A stretch of 64,000 bases of DNA from Spirochaetota bacterium (GCA_035403545.1 DAONFJ010000002.1:14867-78866); one strand, 5' to 3'; numbered from the stretch's first letter, positions 46,131 to 54,957 are shown. Notes: generated by a model from the letters alone, not told the origin. Made by a program: numbers and translations.

Positions 46131-47058
46131 ACTGATGGATTGCGTTAATAAACCGGATAGTATGAGTCTGCTGTCTAATTACCAGAGAGTTTGTTTTTGC
46201 CCCTCCTGAAATGTACTGCACACCGGGGAGCAGTACTCCGTCAGTTACTCCTGTTATAGATATAAGAATATCATCCGTTTTAACCAGATCTTTTATTTTA
46301 TATATTTTGTCTGCGTTTCCCCTGCCGAGATTTTCAGCCACTGCTTTTTCAAAGTAATCATTGTAATACATTTTTGCCTGCATATCTCCGCCGAGGCATT
46401 TTAATCCTGCTGCGGAAATAACAGCCTCCTTCGCGCCCCCAATGCCCATAAATATATCTATTGATGCATTTTCAATTGCTGTCGAGATCACTCCTGAAAT
46501 ATCACCGTCTGTTATAAACTTTATTCTCGCACCGCATTTCCGGATTTCCTCAACCATCTGGTTATTCATATCCCTGTCAAGAACACAGATTGTCATGTCT
46601 TCAATGTATTTTCTCTTGGCCCGCGCAACTCTTTTAATATTAATGTCCGGAGGCTGATTAATATCTATTACGCCTTTTGCATCAGGGCCTACGGCAATTT
46701 TAGTCATCAGGGAGGGGGGCATTTTCATAAATGCATTTTTTCCTCCGAATGCGATGACAGCAATAGCGTTGTGACCTCCGGTCGCGCATGTCCTTTTACC
46801 TTCGAGAGGTTTGGCTGCTATATCAACCGTCATTCCGTCCCCGTTACCGACTTTTCTGCCGTCATAAAGGTACAAATCCTTATTTGCTGCACCGATTGCT
46901 ATTTCACCGTCAATATCCATCGTTTCCAGAAGTTTCCACATAGCTTCATCAGAAGCGCGGTAACACAGATCGTCATCTCCTTTACCCATATGTCTGCTTG
47001 CGTAAAGCGCTGAAAGCTCAGTAAGCCTGGTTGCCTCAAGAGTGAGGTTCCTGTTCAT
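46108..47058 (-). CDS. GlpX-family (class II fructose-1,6-bisphosphatase-like) protein with substituted active-site positions
   Basis: Collinear with GlpX along its whole length (TRLTELSAL..GKGD, DGDISG, GIGGAKEAVISAA). However GEGExDEAPML reads GAANKDLYLY and DIAVDPxEGT reads DIAAKPLEGK. Confidence 0.7.
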   Translation of the reverse strand: MNRNLTLEATRLTELSALYASRHMGKGDDDLCYRASDEAMWKLLETMDIDGEIAIGAANKDLYLYDGRKVGNGDGMTVDIAAKPLEGKRTCATGGHNAIAVIAFGGKNAFMKMPPSLMTKIAVGPDAKGVIDINQPPDINIKRVARAKRKYIEDMTICVLDRDMNNQMVEEIRKCGARIKFITDGDISGVISTAIENASIDIFMGIGGAKEAVISAAGLKCLGGDMQAKMYYNDYFEKAVAENLGRGNADKIYKIKDLVKTDDILISITGVTDGVLLPGVQYISGGAKTNSLVIRQQTHTIRFINAIHQFDYKPIF

Positions 47059-47223
47059 AAATCCTCCGGATATCGTTCCAGGTAAAATTAAATCGAGTAT
47101 GAATAGTCATAGTACGGCAGTTAACAGTTATTTTCAACACATTTTCAGATTTGAATATTTTGATATAAATTTCCCTGCTGGATTTTCACTGTTTGCATTT
47201 TGTAAAAAATGTAAAGATTTTTA

Positions 47224-47252
47224 TTGACTGTATTTATGTCTCATTGTATAAT
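47224..47252 (+). promoter_or_regulatory. Near-consensus sigma70-type promoter for the ATP-grasp fusion gene
   Basis: TTGACT (47224-47229), 17-nt spacer, TATAAT (47247-47252). 30 nt upstream of the GTG at 47283. Confidence 0.6.
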
Positions 47253-47282
47253 AATGTGACATAAAACATCCGGAGAAAACCT

Positions 47283-49511
47283 GTGAAAAAAACAATAATG
47301 ATAATTGGCGGCGGACTGCTTCAGGCTCCTGTTATTACAACCGCGAAGAAGATGGGTTATCAGGTAATAGTTACTGATTATAATCCAGATGCTATTGGCA
47401 TGAAAGATGCAGATATTCCTATCGTTATGAGTACACGTGATGTACAGGGATCTGTGCGGGTCGCGAAAAGACAGAATGAAATTACACCTATCAGCGGTGT
47501 GTTGACTGTGGGGACCGATGCATCTATGACTGTTGCTGCAGTGGCGAATGCTCTTAATCTGCCCGGTATTAAATTTGATGATGCCGAAGCTGCGACAAAC
47601 AAACTTAAAATGAGAATGAGATTTAAAGAACATAATATACCATCTCCGGCATTTCTCCCCGTATGGACTCTTTCAGATGCTAAAAAAGGATGTAAAATAC
47701 TGGGATTCCCTGTGGTTATGAAGCCCTCAGATAATATGGGAGCAAGAGGGGTTATGAGAATCGATAACGCTAACCAGGTTGCCGATGCGTTTAAATTTGC
47801 CAAAAGCGCGTCACCAAGCGGTGAACTTATTATTGAGCAGTTTATGGACGGCCCTGAGTTATCAATAGATGCGATAATTTTTAATGAAGAGATTACTATT
47901 ACCGGTGTAGCGGACCGTATTATAGAATACCCTCCGAATTTTGTTGAAACAGGGCATACAATGCCGTCACATCTGAAGATTGAAATGCTTGAGGATGCCT
48001 GTGATGTTATGAGGCGTGGAGTTAAAGCACTCGGTCTTACAACCGGCGCTGCCAAGGGTGACATTAAAGTAACAAAAAGCGGGGCAATGATAGGAGAGAT
48101 TGCTGCAAGGCTTTCAGGCGGATTTATGTCCGCATATACTTATCCTCTTTCCTCGGGAGTTGATCTGATGAAAGCGATGATTGAAGTATCTCTCGGACAG
48201 GAGCCGGGTAATCTTGAACCGGTGTTCAACAGGGTTGCAATAGAGAGAGCAATTATCTGCAAACCGGGTGTCGTGAAAAAAATATCCGGCCTCGAAGAGG
48301 CTCTCAAGGTTCCCGGCATTGAAGAGATATTCCTTAATATTAAAGAGGGAGATACTGTTGTTAAACCTACATCAAACGTCGAAAAATCAGGGAACATTAT
48401 CGCGGTAGCTGATACTCTTCAGCAGGCTGAAGCAGCGGTAAAGCAGTGCATGGAATTGTTTAAAATCGAAACATCTGATGATACCGAAATTTCGATGAAA
48501 GCGATAAACGCTTCAGCAAGAGAGAAGTTTAAGAAAATATGTTATGTATGCAAGAACTGTGACGGTTATGAATGCGCCTCCGGAGTTCCCGGAATGGGCG
48601 GAACAGGGAGCGGCGAGTCTTTCAGAAGAAACGCCGATGCACTGAAGAAATTCAAGGTTATAACTACTCTCATCCATGATGATATTGTACCTGATACATC
48701 ATCTGAGATTTTCGGTAATAAGATATCTTTTCCTGTGATGGCTGCGCCGATAACAGGCTCTGTTACAAACATGAGCGGTGCGATTGAGGAACTCGATTAC
48801 AACATAGCAGTTGTCAGGGGATGCAAAAATTCGGGAACTATAGCATTTGTGGGTGACGGGGCGACTCCTGATAAATATAAAATCGGACTTGAAGCAATTA
48901 AAGAGGAGAACGGCTGGGGTATACCGATTTTCAAACCGAGAAAAGATAATAAAGAGATAATAAAGAGAATCAAGGCTGCGGAAAAGGCAGGAGCAATTGC
49001 CGTGGGAATTGATATCGACGCAATTGTATTTAAAACTATGGCAATGAGGAATCAGGAAGTCGCGCCAAAGAGTGTAAGTGAACTCCGTGAGATTAAGTCA
49101 GCAACAAATCTTCCTTTTATACTCAAAGGCATAATGAATCCAAGGGACGCAGAGATGGCATGCAAGGCCGGTGCAGATGCGATAATAGTTTCAAATCACG
49201 GCGGTAGAGTGCTTGACCAGATGCCGGGATCTATGGATGTTCTCGAAGAAATAGTTGCTGCTGTAGGCAAATCAATTACAATCATGATAGACGGAGGATT
49301 CCGTGACGGAGTGGACATTCTGAAGGCGCTGGCGCTTGGAGCTGATTTTGTTCTTATCGGCAGACCGGTTGCTATTGCGGCGGTCGGAATGGGTGTAGAG
49401 GGAACATCATTCTATCTTGATAAACTTAAGGATGAATTTAGAAAGACTATGATTCTTACAGGATGTAAGAAAGTTAAAGATATCAGCAGTGATCTTATAA
49501 GGAAAATCTGA
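47283..49511 (+). CDS. Fusion protein: ATP-grasp ligase domain + CX2CX2CX4C linker + FMN-dependent alpha-hydroxy-acid oxidase/dehydrogenase TIM barrel
   Basis: N-terminal MIIGGGLLQAPVI...FPVVMKPSDNMGARGV...ELSIDAI (ATP-grasp). CYVCKNCDGYEC (48540-48575). C-terminal IIVSNHGGRVLD and IDGGFRDGVDILKALALGADFVLIGRP. Confidence 0.8.
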   Translation: MKKTIMIIGGGLLQAPVITTAKKMGYQVIVTDYNPDAIGMKDADIPIVMSTRDVQGSVRVAKRQNEITPISGVLTVGTDASMTVAAVANALNLPGIKFDDAEAATNKLKMRMRFKEHNIPSPAFLPVWTLSDAKKGCKILGFPVVMKPSDNMGARGVMRIDNANQVADAFKFAKSASPSGELIIEQFMDGPELSIDAIIFNEEITITGVADRIIEYPPNFVETGHTMPSHLKIEMLEDACDVMRRGVKALGLTTGAAKGDIKVTKSGAMIGEIAARLSGGFMSAYTYPLSSGVDLMKAMIEVSLGQEPGNLEPVFNRVAIERAIICKPGVVKKISGLEEALKVPGIEEIFLNIKEGDTVVKPTSNVEKSGNIIAVADTLQQAEAAVKQCMELFKIETSDDTEISMKAINASAREKFKKICYVCKNCDGYECASGVPGMGGTGSGESFRRNADALKKFKVITTLIHDDIVPDTSSEIFGNKISFPVMAAPITGSVTNMSGAIEELDYNIAVVRGCKNSGTIAFVGDGATPDKYKIGLEAIKEENGWGIPIFKPRKDNKEIIKRIKAAEKAGAIAVGIDIDAIVFKTMAMRNQEVAPKSVSELREIKSATNLPFILKGIMNPRDAEMACKAGADAIIVSNHGGRVLDQMPGSMDVLEEIVAAVGKSITIMIDGGFRDGVDILKALALGADFVLIGRPVAIAAVGMGVEGTSFYLDKLKDEFRKTMILTGCKKVKDISSDLIRKI

Positions 49512-49592
49512 GGGAAGCATCTTGCCAGGGTGTTGCATTCATAAAACAGGTTAACTATCTCCGAAATTTTACTTAATGCCCTCATCCTCCGG

Positions 49593-49621
49593 CCCCTTCT
49601 CCCGAAAAGCGGGAGAAGGGG
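49593..49621 (+). terminator. Terminator-like 12-bp GC-rich hairpin after the fusion gene
   Basis: CCCCTTCTCCCG (49593-49604) / CGGGAGAAGGGG (49610-49621) with a 5-nt loop, followed by ..ACTTTTAAT. Confidence 0.55.
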
Positions 49622-49650
49622 AGAATACTTTTAATAAAAATTTTTATATT

Positions 49651-49687
49651 ATAAAAACCCTCTCCCGGCTGTAAGCAGGGAGAGGGT
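49651..49687 (-). terminator. Rho-independent terminator of the minus-strand acyl-CoA operon
   Basis: ACCCTCTCCC (49657-49666) / GGGAGAGGGT (49678-49687) with an 11-nt loop. On the minus strand the stem is followed by TTTTTAT. Confidence 0.65.
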
Positions 49688-49725
49688 GTGCAGGCGTCAG
49701 TGATGCACTGAGTGCAGTTTTAGAT

Positions 49726-50523
49726 TTATTTAACCTTAAACTCCGGCGATCTCTTATCAACAAACGCAGCCATACCTTCTTTCTGATCTTCCGTGGAAAA
49801 GCATAGAGCGAATACCTGATTTTCAAAAGCAATCGCTGTTTCTATATCGGTTTCAAATCCTCTGTTTATTGCCATCTTCGAATACCGGACTGCTAACTGT
49901 GCCTTTGACACAATTTTTTGAGCCATCTCCATAGATGAAGCCATAAGCTGTTCGGCAGGAACAACTTTATTGACAAGACCGATTTTTTCCGCTTCTGATG
50001 CAGGAATAATATCCGCTGTATAAATAAGTTCTCTTGCTTTTGCAACTCCGGCTAATCTTGACAGCCGGACGCATCCTGAAAAACCGGGTGTTATGCCAAG
50101 ACCGACTTCCGGCTGACCGAATTTTGCGTTTTCAGAAGCAATCCTTATGTCGCAGCACATCGCAAGTTCACACCCGCCGCCGAGTGCAAAACCGTTTACA
50201 GCAGCGATTGTAGGAATCTTAAGCTTCTGAATATTTCTGAAGACTGTAGCTCCCAGTTCGCCATATTTAAGGCCGCTGATGCTGTCGAAGTTTTTCATTT
50301 CGGTAATATCAGCTCCGGCAACAAAAGCTTTGCCTTCACCTGTAATTATAAGTACATGAATACTTTCATCACCGGAAATTTTTTCTGTTGCGTCGCTCAG
50401 TTCAAGAAGAAGTTCAGTGTTCAGAGCGTTGAGAGCCTTGGGCCTGGAGAGGGTTAGTATTCCGATATGGCCTTCTTTGATGAATTTAAGGTTACTATAA
50501 CTCATTTCAGTTATTTTTGTCAT
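49726..50523 (-). CDS. Enoyl-CoA hydratase (crotonase family)
   Basis: ITGEGKAFVAGADI, AAVNGFALGGGCELAMCCDIRIA and FGQPEVGLGI motifs. Confidence 0.9.
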   Translation of the reverse strand: MTKITEMSYSNLKFIKEGHIGILTLSRPKALNALNTELLLELSDATEKISGDESIHVLIITGEGKAFVAGADITEMKNFDSISGLKYGELGATVFRNIQKLKIPTIAAVNGFALGGGCELAMCCDIRIASENAKFGQPEVGLGITPGFSGCVRLSRLAGVAKARELIYTADIIPASEAEKIGLVNKVVPAEQLMASSMEMAQKIVSKAQLAVRYSKMAINRGFETDIETAIAFENQVFALCFSTEDQKEGMAAFVDKRSPEFKVK

Positions 50524-50643
50524 AAACAGCTCCTTGTTAAATATGAGAGCCCCCTAAACCCCCGGAAGGGGACTTTTAATTCATTTACTATAAAAAAAGG
50601 ATTTAATTGCTAATTGAATTAAGCCCGCTTCGGGGGGTTGGGG

Positions 50644-50670
50644 CCGGCACAGTGAGTTTCACCGTGCCGG
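50644..50670 (-). other. Intercistronic hairpin between the thiolase and crotonase genes
   Basis: CCGGCAC-a-GTGA / TCAC-c-GTGCCGG (11 bp, one mismatch, 3-nt loop), 9 nt after the thiolase stop. No U-tract. Confidence 0.4.
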
Positions 50671-50679
50671 CATCAAAAT

Positions 50680-51966
50680 CTATCTTTCGAAAACCATCGC
50701 CATTCCCATACCGCCGCCGATACACATGGTAACTATACCGGTTGAGAAATTTTTTCTTTTCATCTGATACATTGTGGTGACAGCCATTCTGGCCCCTGTA
50801 CAGCCGATCGGATGCCCAAGTGATATCCCGCTTCCAAGCTGATTTGGAAATTCATTATCCAGGCCGAGTTCTCTGAAGCATCCTATTGCCTGGGAAGCGA
50901 ATGCTTCATTTACTTCAACCATGTCCAGATCCTTTATTGTCATACCTGCAAGTTTAAGTGCTCTTCTTACAGCAGGGACAGGACCAAGTCCCATGTATGC
51001 GGGATCTACTCCGCCTGTCGCGAAAGACTTAATTTTTACTATAACTTCCAGGCCGAGCTCTTTCGCTTTTTCTGCGCTCATCATAAGCACAGCAGCAGCA
51101 CCGTCATTTATGCCTGATGCATTAGCCGCAGTTACGGTTCCGTCTTTTTTGAATGCCGGCTTCATCTGGCCCATTTTTTCAAGAGTAGTGTCCATAGGCC
51201 TTTCGTCAGTATCAACTATTATATCACCTTTTCTGGAAGGTATTATCACCGGAACAATTTCATCTTTAAACAGTCCGTCTTTAATTGCTTTCAACGCTCT
51301 CTGATGGCTCTGCAGCCCAAGTTTATCCTGTTCCATTCTGCTTATGCCATAGAGTTCAGCTATATTTTCCGCTGTAATACCCATATGGTATCCGTTGAAT
51401 ATTTCATACAAACCGTCATATACCATAAGGTCATGAATATCACCCACGCCTGTGAGTTCCATCCTATGTCCCCATCTTGCTTTTTTCAGTGCAAGTGGAG
51501 TATTGCTCATGCTCTCCATCCCGCCGGCTACAACGACATCTGACTGTCCGGTCATGATTGCCTGAGCTGCCATTGCTATTGCTTTAAGCCCTGAACCGCA
51601 GACTTTATTTATTGTACAACCGGCAGCCTCTTTAGGAATTCCCGCATAAATATGAGCCTGCCTTCCGGGATTCTGCCCCTGTGCAGCCTGCAGAACGCAT
51701 CCCATTACAGTTTCATCTACCGTAATTTCTTTCGCGCCCGGGTCGTATTTATATCCCTCTTTTTCAATATTGATCTGCCCTTTCCCTTTTAGTTTATCAG
51801 GTGCAAATTCATTCTGTTCTTTTCCTGGTACTGGTTTTAAATTTATTTTTTTGAATACTTCTCTCATAACAAGAGAACCCATTTCAATCGCTGATACATC
51901 TTTTAAAGAACCACCGAAAGAACCGATTGAGGTTCTGGCACCGCTTACTATTACTACTTCTTTCAT
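50680..51966 (-). CDS. Acetyl-CoA C-acetyltransferase (thiolase II) with an N-terminal-region insertion
   Basis: NKVCGSGLKA (acyl-Cys), GHPIGCTGAR and CIGGGMGMAMVFE motifs. 428 aa, with about 36 extra residues at aa 46-82. Confidence 0.9.
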   Translation of the reverse strand: MKEVVIVSGARTSIGSFGGSLKDVSAIEMGSLVMREVFKKINLKPVPGKEQNEFAPDKLKGKGQINIEKEGYKYDPGAKEITVDETVMGCVLQAAQGQNPGRQAHIYAGIPKEAAGCTINKVCGSGLKAIAMAAQAIMTGQSDVVVAGGMESMSNTPLALKKARWGHRMELTGVGDIHDLMVYDGLYEIFNGYHMGITAENIAELYGISRMEQDKLGLQSHQRALKAIKDGLFKDEIVPVIIPSRKGDIIVDTDERPMDTTLEKMGQMKPAFKKDGTVTAANASGINDGAAAVLMMSAEKAKELGLEVIVKIKSFATGGVDPAYMGLGPVPAVRRALKLAGMTIKDLDMVEVNEAFASQAIGCFRELGLDNEFPNQLGSGISLGHPIGCTGARMAVTTMYQMKRKNFSTGIVTMCIGGGMGMAMVFER

Positions 51967-52043
51967 TAAGTTTCCTCCGGAAAAATTATTTGTGAACTCT
52001 CCCTGTCCTCAACTTCAGAACAGAGTTTTTTATCATTCTAAAC

Positions 52044-53207
52044 CTATTCAGTAAATTCTGCAAGTACATTTAACGCAATTACCAGTCTCTGAATTTCTGA
52101 AGTACCTTCATAAATTTCAGTTATCCTTGCATCTCTGTAAAGCCTTTCCGCGATATACTCTTTTACATATCCGTACCCGCCATGGATCTGAATACATTTG
52201 TGTGCGCATCTATGTGCACATTCAGATGCATATAGTTTAGCCATAGCCGCGTATTTACCCGCAGGGCGCCGGTTTTTCCCATTTTTTGAGAGAATATCGG
52301 CAGCCTTATAAACGAGAAGCCTTGATGCTTCAATTTCAGTTGCCATATCCGCGATCATCCACTGAATCGCCTGAAGCTTGCCTATAGCCGCTCCGAACTG
52401 TTCCCTTATATTCGCATACTTTGCCGCTTCTTCAAGAGCAGCCTGAGCTATACCAAGCGCCTGGGCAGCTATACCGACCCGTCCTCCGTCAAGTGTGTGC
52501 ATGGCAATTTTAAATCCTTCACCCGGTTCTCCGAGCATTCTTCCTTCGGGTATTTTACAGTCCTGATATACCATTTCTGTTGTTGAGGACGCGCATATGC
52601 CAAGTTTATCTTCAACTTTTCCTACGGTAAAACCGGGATCGCCTTTTTCTATTATGAAAAAAGATGTATTTTTATTTTTCAATGCATCTTTATCGGTAAC
52701 TGCCAGAGTTACATGCACATCCGCATACCCTCCGTTTGTGATGAAATTTTTTGTGCCGTTGAGAGTATAGTCATTTCCGGTTTTAACCGCCATTGTTTTT
52801 GTACCGCCGGAGTCTGATCCCGCACTCGGTTCCGTAATTGCAAATGCCCCGATATGTTCACCTGTACAGAGCTTGGGGAGATACTTTTTTTTCTGCTCTT
52901 CTGTTCCAAAATAATAGATAGGGGAGAGGCATAGAGAGTTGTGAGCTGACACTATAACTCCGGATGAAGCGCAGACTCTGGAAATTTCTTCAACAGCAAT
53001 GGCATATGAAACATAATCCATGCCCGCGCCATTATATTGCTCCGGGTAAACAACTCCCATTATACCTAGCTCTCCAAGTTTTCTTGTTGTCTCAAGAGGG
53101 AATTTATGGGTTTTGTCTATCTCAACAGCCTGTTCTCTGAGTTCTTTTTCCGCGAAACCACGGCACATATCACGCACCATCAATTGCTCTTCTGATAATT
53201 CAAACAT
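52044..53207 (-). CDS. Acyl-CoA dehydrogenase (short-chain/butyryl-CoA type)
   Basis: AFAITEPSAGSD, catalytic YEGTSEIQ, 387 aa. Confidence 0.9.
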   Translation of the reverse strand: MFELSEEQLMVRDMCRGFAEKELREQAVEIDKTHKFPLETTRKLGELGIMGVVYPEQYNGAGMDYVSYAIAVEEISRVCASSGVIVSAHNSLCLSPIYYFGTEEQKKKYLPKLCTGEHIGAFAITEPSAGSDSGGTKTMAVKTGNDYTLNGTKNFITNGGYADVHVTLAVTDKDALKNKNTSFFIIEKGDPGFTVGKVEDKLGICASSTTEMVYQDCKIPEGRMLGEPGEGFKIAMHTLDGGRVGIAAQALGIAQAALEEAAKYANIREQFGAAIGKLQAIQWMIADMATEIEASRLLVYKAADILSKNGKNRRPAGKYAAMAKLYASECAHRCAHKCIQIHGGYGYVKEYIAERLYRDARITEIYEGTSEIQRLVIALNVLAEFTE

Positions 53208-53757
53208 TGTTTCCTCCTGATAATTCCGTTGAATTAAAATTTAGTTTAATCCCTGTAAATAATTTCAGATTTAAATGGTGATTCAAATAAATATATAATA
53301 CCGAATCTGCAATCCCGGTTTTACCCCAAAGATATTTCTCTATGTTTATGAGAAGTCACTAAAGCCGGCATTACAGAGAATTTATTTGTGAAACAACTTA
53401 ATCTGATTATTAACGGGAATTTAAAATAGTAAGATTAACATACTATTATACAATTTTAAGAACAAATGCAATAGGCTTATTATGTAGTTTTCTGTGGTAG
53501 AATGTACTATTTTTTTGTAGTAGTTTTTGTAGTTATTCCCGACTGTGAGGTCGTTTTGATACTTGAATTTACCCTGTTTTTATATATATTACGTCAAACA
53601 TTCAGCGGTTTCATGTAATAACAGGTTATATTCTGTTACTTCAGATCAGTTTTAAACCCGGCTGCAGTTTGTAATAAGCCGGTGAAAACTAAAAACCGCC
53701 TGGAATATCGTTTTGAAACACCTGTCCGGAAAGACAGGTAAAAATCGGGGGGATAGG

Positions 53758-54957
53758 ATGAACAGTATGGGAACGACAGAAAGCAGGGCAGGGAGCGTCG
53801 GCTTCAGGCTTACTGAAGAACAGGAGATGATCAGGCAGATGACGGCGGATTTTGCTGATAATGAAATCAAGCCATTTGCCGGAGAGTGGGACAAGAATGA
53901 GCATACTCCCATGGATGTACTTGACAAGATGTATGAACTCGGACTTACAAATATCGGTGTTCCGTCAGAGTATGGCGGGATGGAGCTTGATAATGTGACA
54001 AGATACATTGTCGCGGACGAAATAGCGCAGAGAGATGCAGGCCTTGCAACTACAATTGTTGCTTCATCACTGCTTGCTACTGACCCTGTTATGGTTGCGG
54101 CCAATGATGAGCAGAAGAAGTGGTGGTTTGGAAGAATGCTTGAGGGAGCAATGTGCGCGTTTTGTCTTACAGAGCCGAATGCAGGATCGGATGCACTGGG
54201 TATGTCTATGAAGTGTACGAAGGATGGAAATGACTGGATATTAAACGGTGTTAAACAGTTTATTACCAACGGCCCTTTTGCGAAACAGTTTACAGTCTTT
54301 GCTACAATGGACCGTTCTCTGGGAAATAAGGGAATCTGCTGTTTCATGGTTGATAGAGATTTCCCGGGAGTTAAGATCGGCAACAAAGAGGATAAACTTG
54401 GCATAAGGATATCAAGTACATCAGAAGTGATTTTTGAGGATGTAAGAGTACCCGGATGGATGTGCATAGGCGGAGAGGGCAAAGGCGCGCCTGTTCTTAT
54501 GGAAACTCTCGATTATTCCAGGACTGCAGTTGCAGCAATGGCAACAGGGATATCTACTGCAGCGCTGAATTTCTCGATAGAATACGCAAATGACAGGAAA
54601 CAGTTTGGTAAACCGATAGCCTCATTCCAGGCGATTCAGTTTATGCTTGCCGATATGGCTGCAACGACAGAAGCATCGAGGCTCTTATACCTGAAAGCAG
54701 CATGGCTTCAGGATAACGGTTTGCCGTTTAAGATGGCGTCAAATATCGCGAAGATGTATTCCGCTGATGCGGCAATGAAAAATTCAATCGATGCGGTTCA
54801 GATATACGGCGGTTATGGTTACTCGAAAGAGTATCCCGTGGAGAAGCTTATGAGAGACGCAAAGATAATGCAGATATTCGAGGGTACAGTTCAGGTACAG
54901 AGAATGGTAATAGGCAAGTATCTGTCGACTGAAGGGAAGTATACTTACACTTACTGA
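53758..54957 (+). CDS. Acyl-CoA dehydrogenase (second, divergent paralog)
   Basis: CLTEPNAGSD and FEGTVQVQ motifs. I prefer the ATG at 53758 (GGGGGATAGG upstream) to the ORF start at 53713. Confidence 0.88.
   Translation: MNSMGTTESRAGSVGFRLTEEQEMIRQMTADFADNEIKPFAGEWDKNEHTPMDVLDKMYELGLTNIGVPSEYGGMELDNVTRYIVADEIAQRDAGLATTIVASSLLATDPVMVAANDEQKKWWFGRMLEGAMCAFCLTEPNAGSDALGMSMKCTKDGNDWILNGVKQFITNGPFAKQFTVFATMDRSLGNKGICCFMVDRDFPGVKIGNKEDKLGIRISSTSEVIFEDVRVPGWMCIGGEGKGAPVLMETLDYSRTAVAAMATGISTAALNFSIEYANDRKQFGKPIASFQAIQFMLADMAATTEASRLLYLKAAWLQDNGLPFKMASNIAKMYSADAAMKNSIDAVQIYGGYGYSKEYPVEKLMRDAKIMQIFEGTVQVQRMVIGKYLSTEGKYTYTY

Noticed and set aside
47378-48064. 228-aa minus-strand ORF inside the ATP-grasp domain region
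   Set aside because: It is an antisense shadow ORF (S/I/A-rich, no SD). The plus strand encodes a contiguous ATP-grasp fold.
53652-54482. 276-aa minus-strand ORF overlapping the second acyl-CoA dehydrogenase
   Set aside because: It is antisense to a gene with clear ACAD motifs. The S/P/I-rich translation has no recognisable domain, and it would also run across the promoter and leader region.
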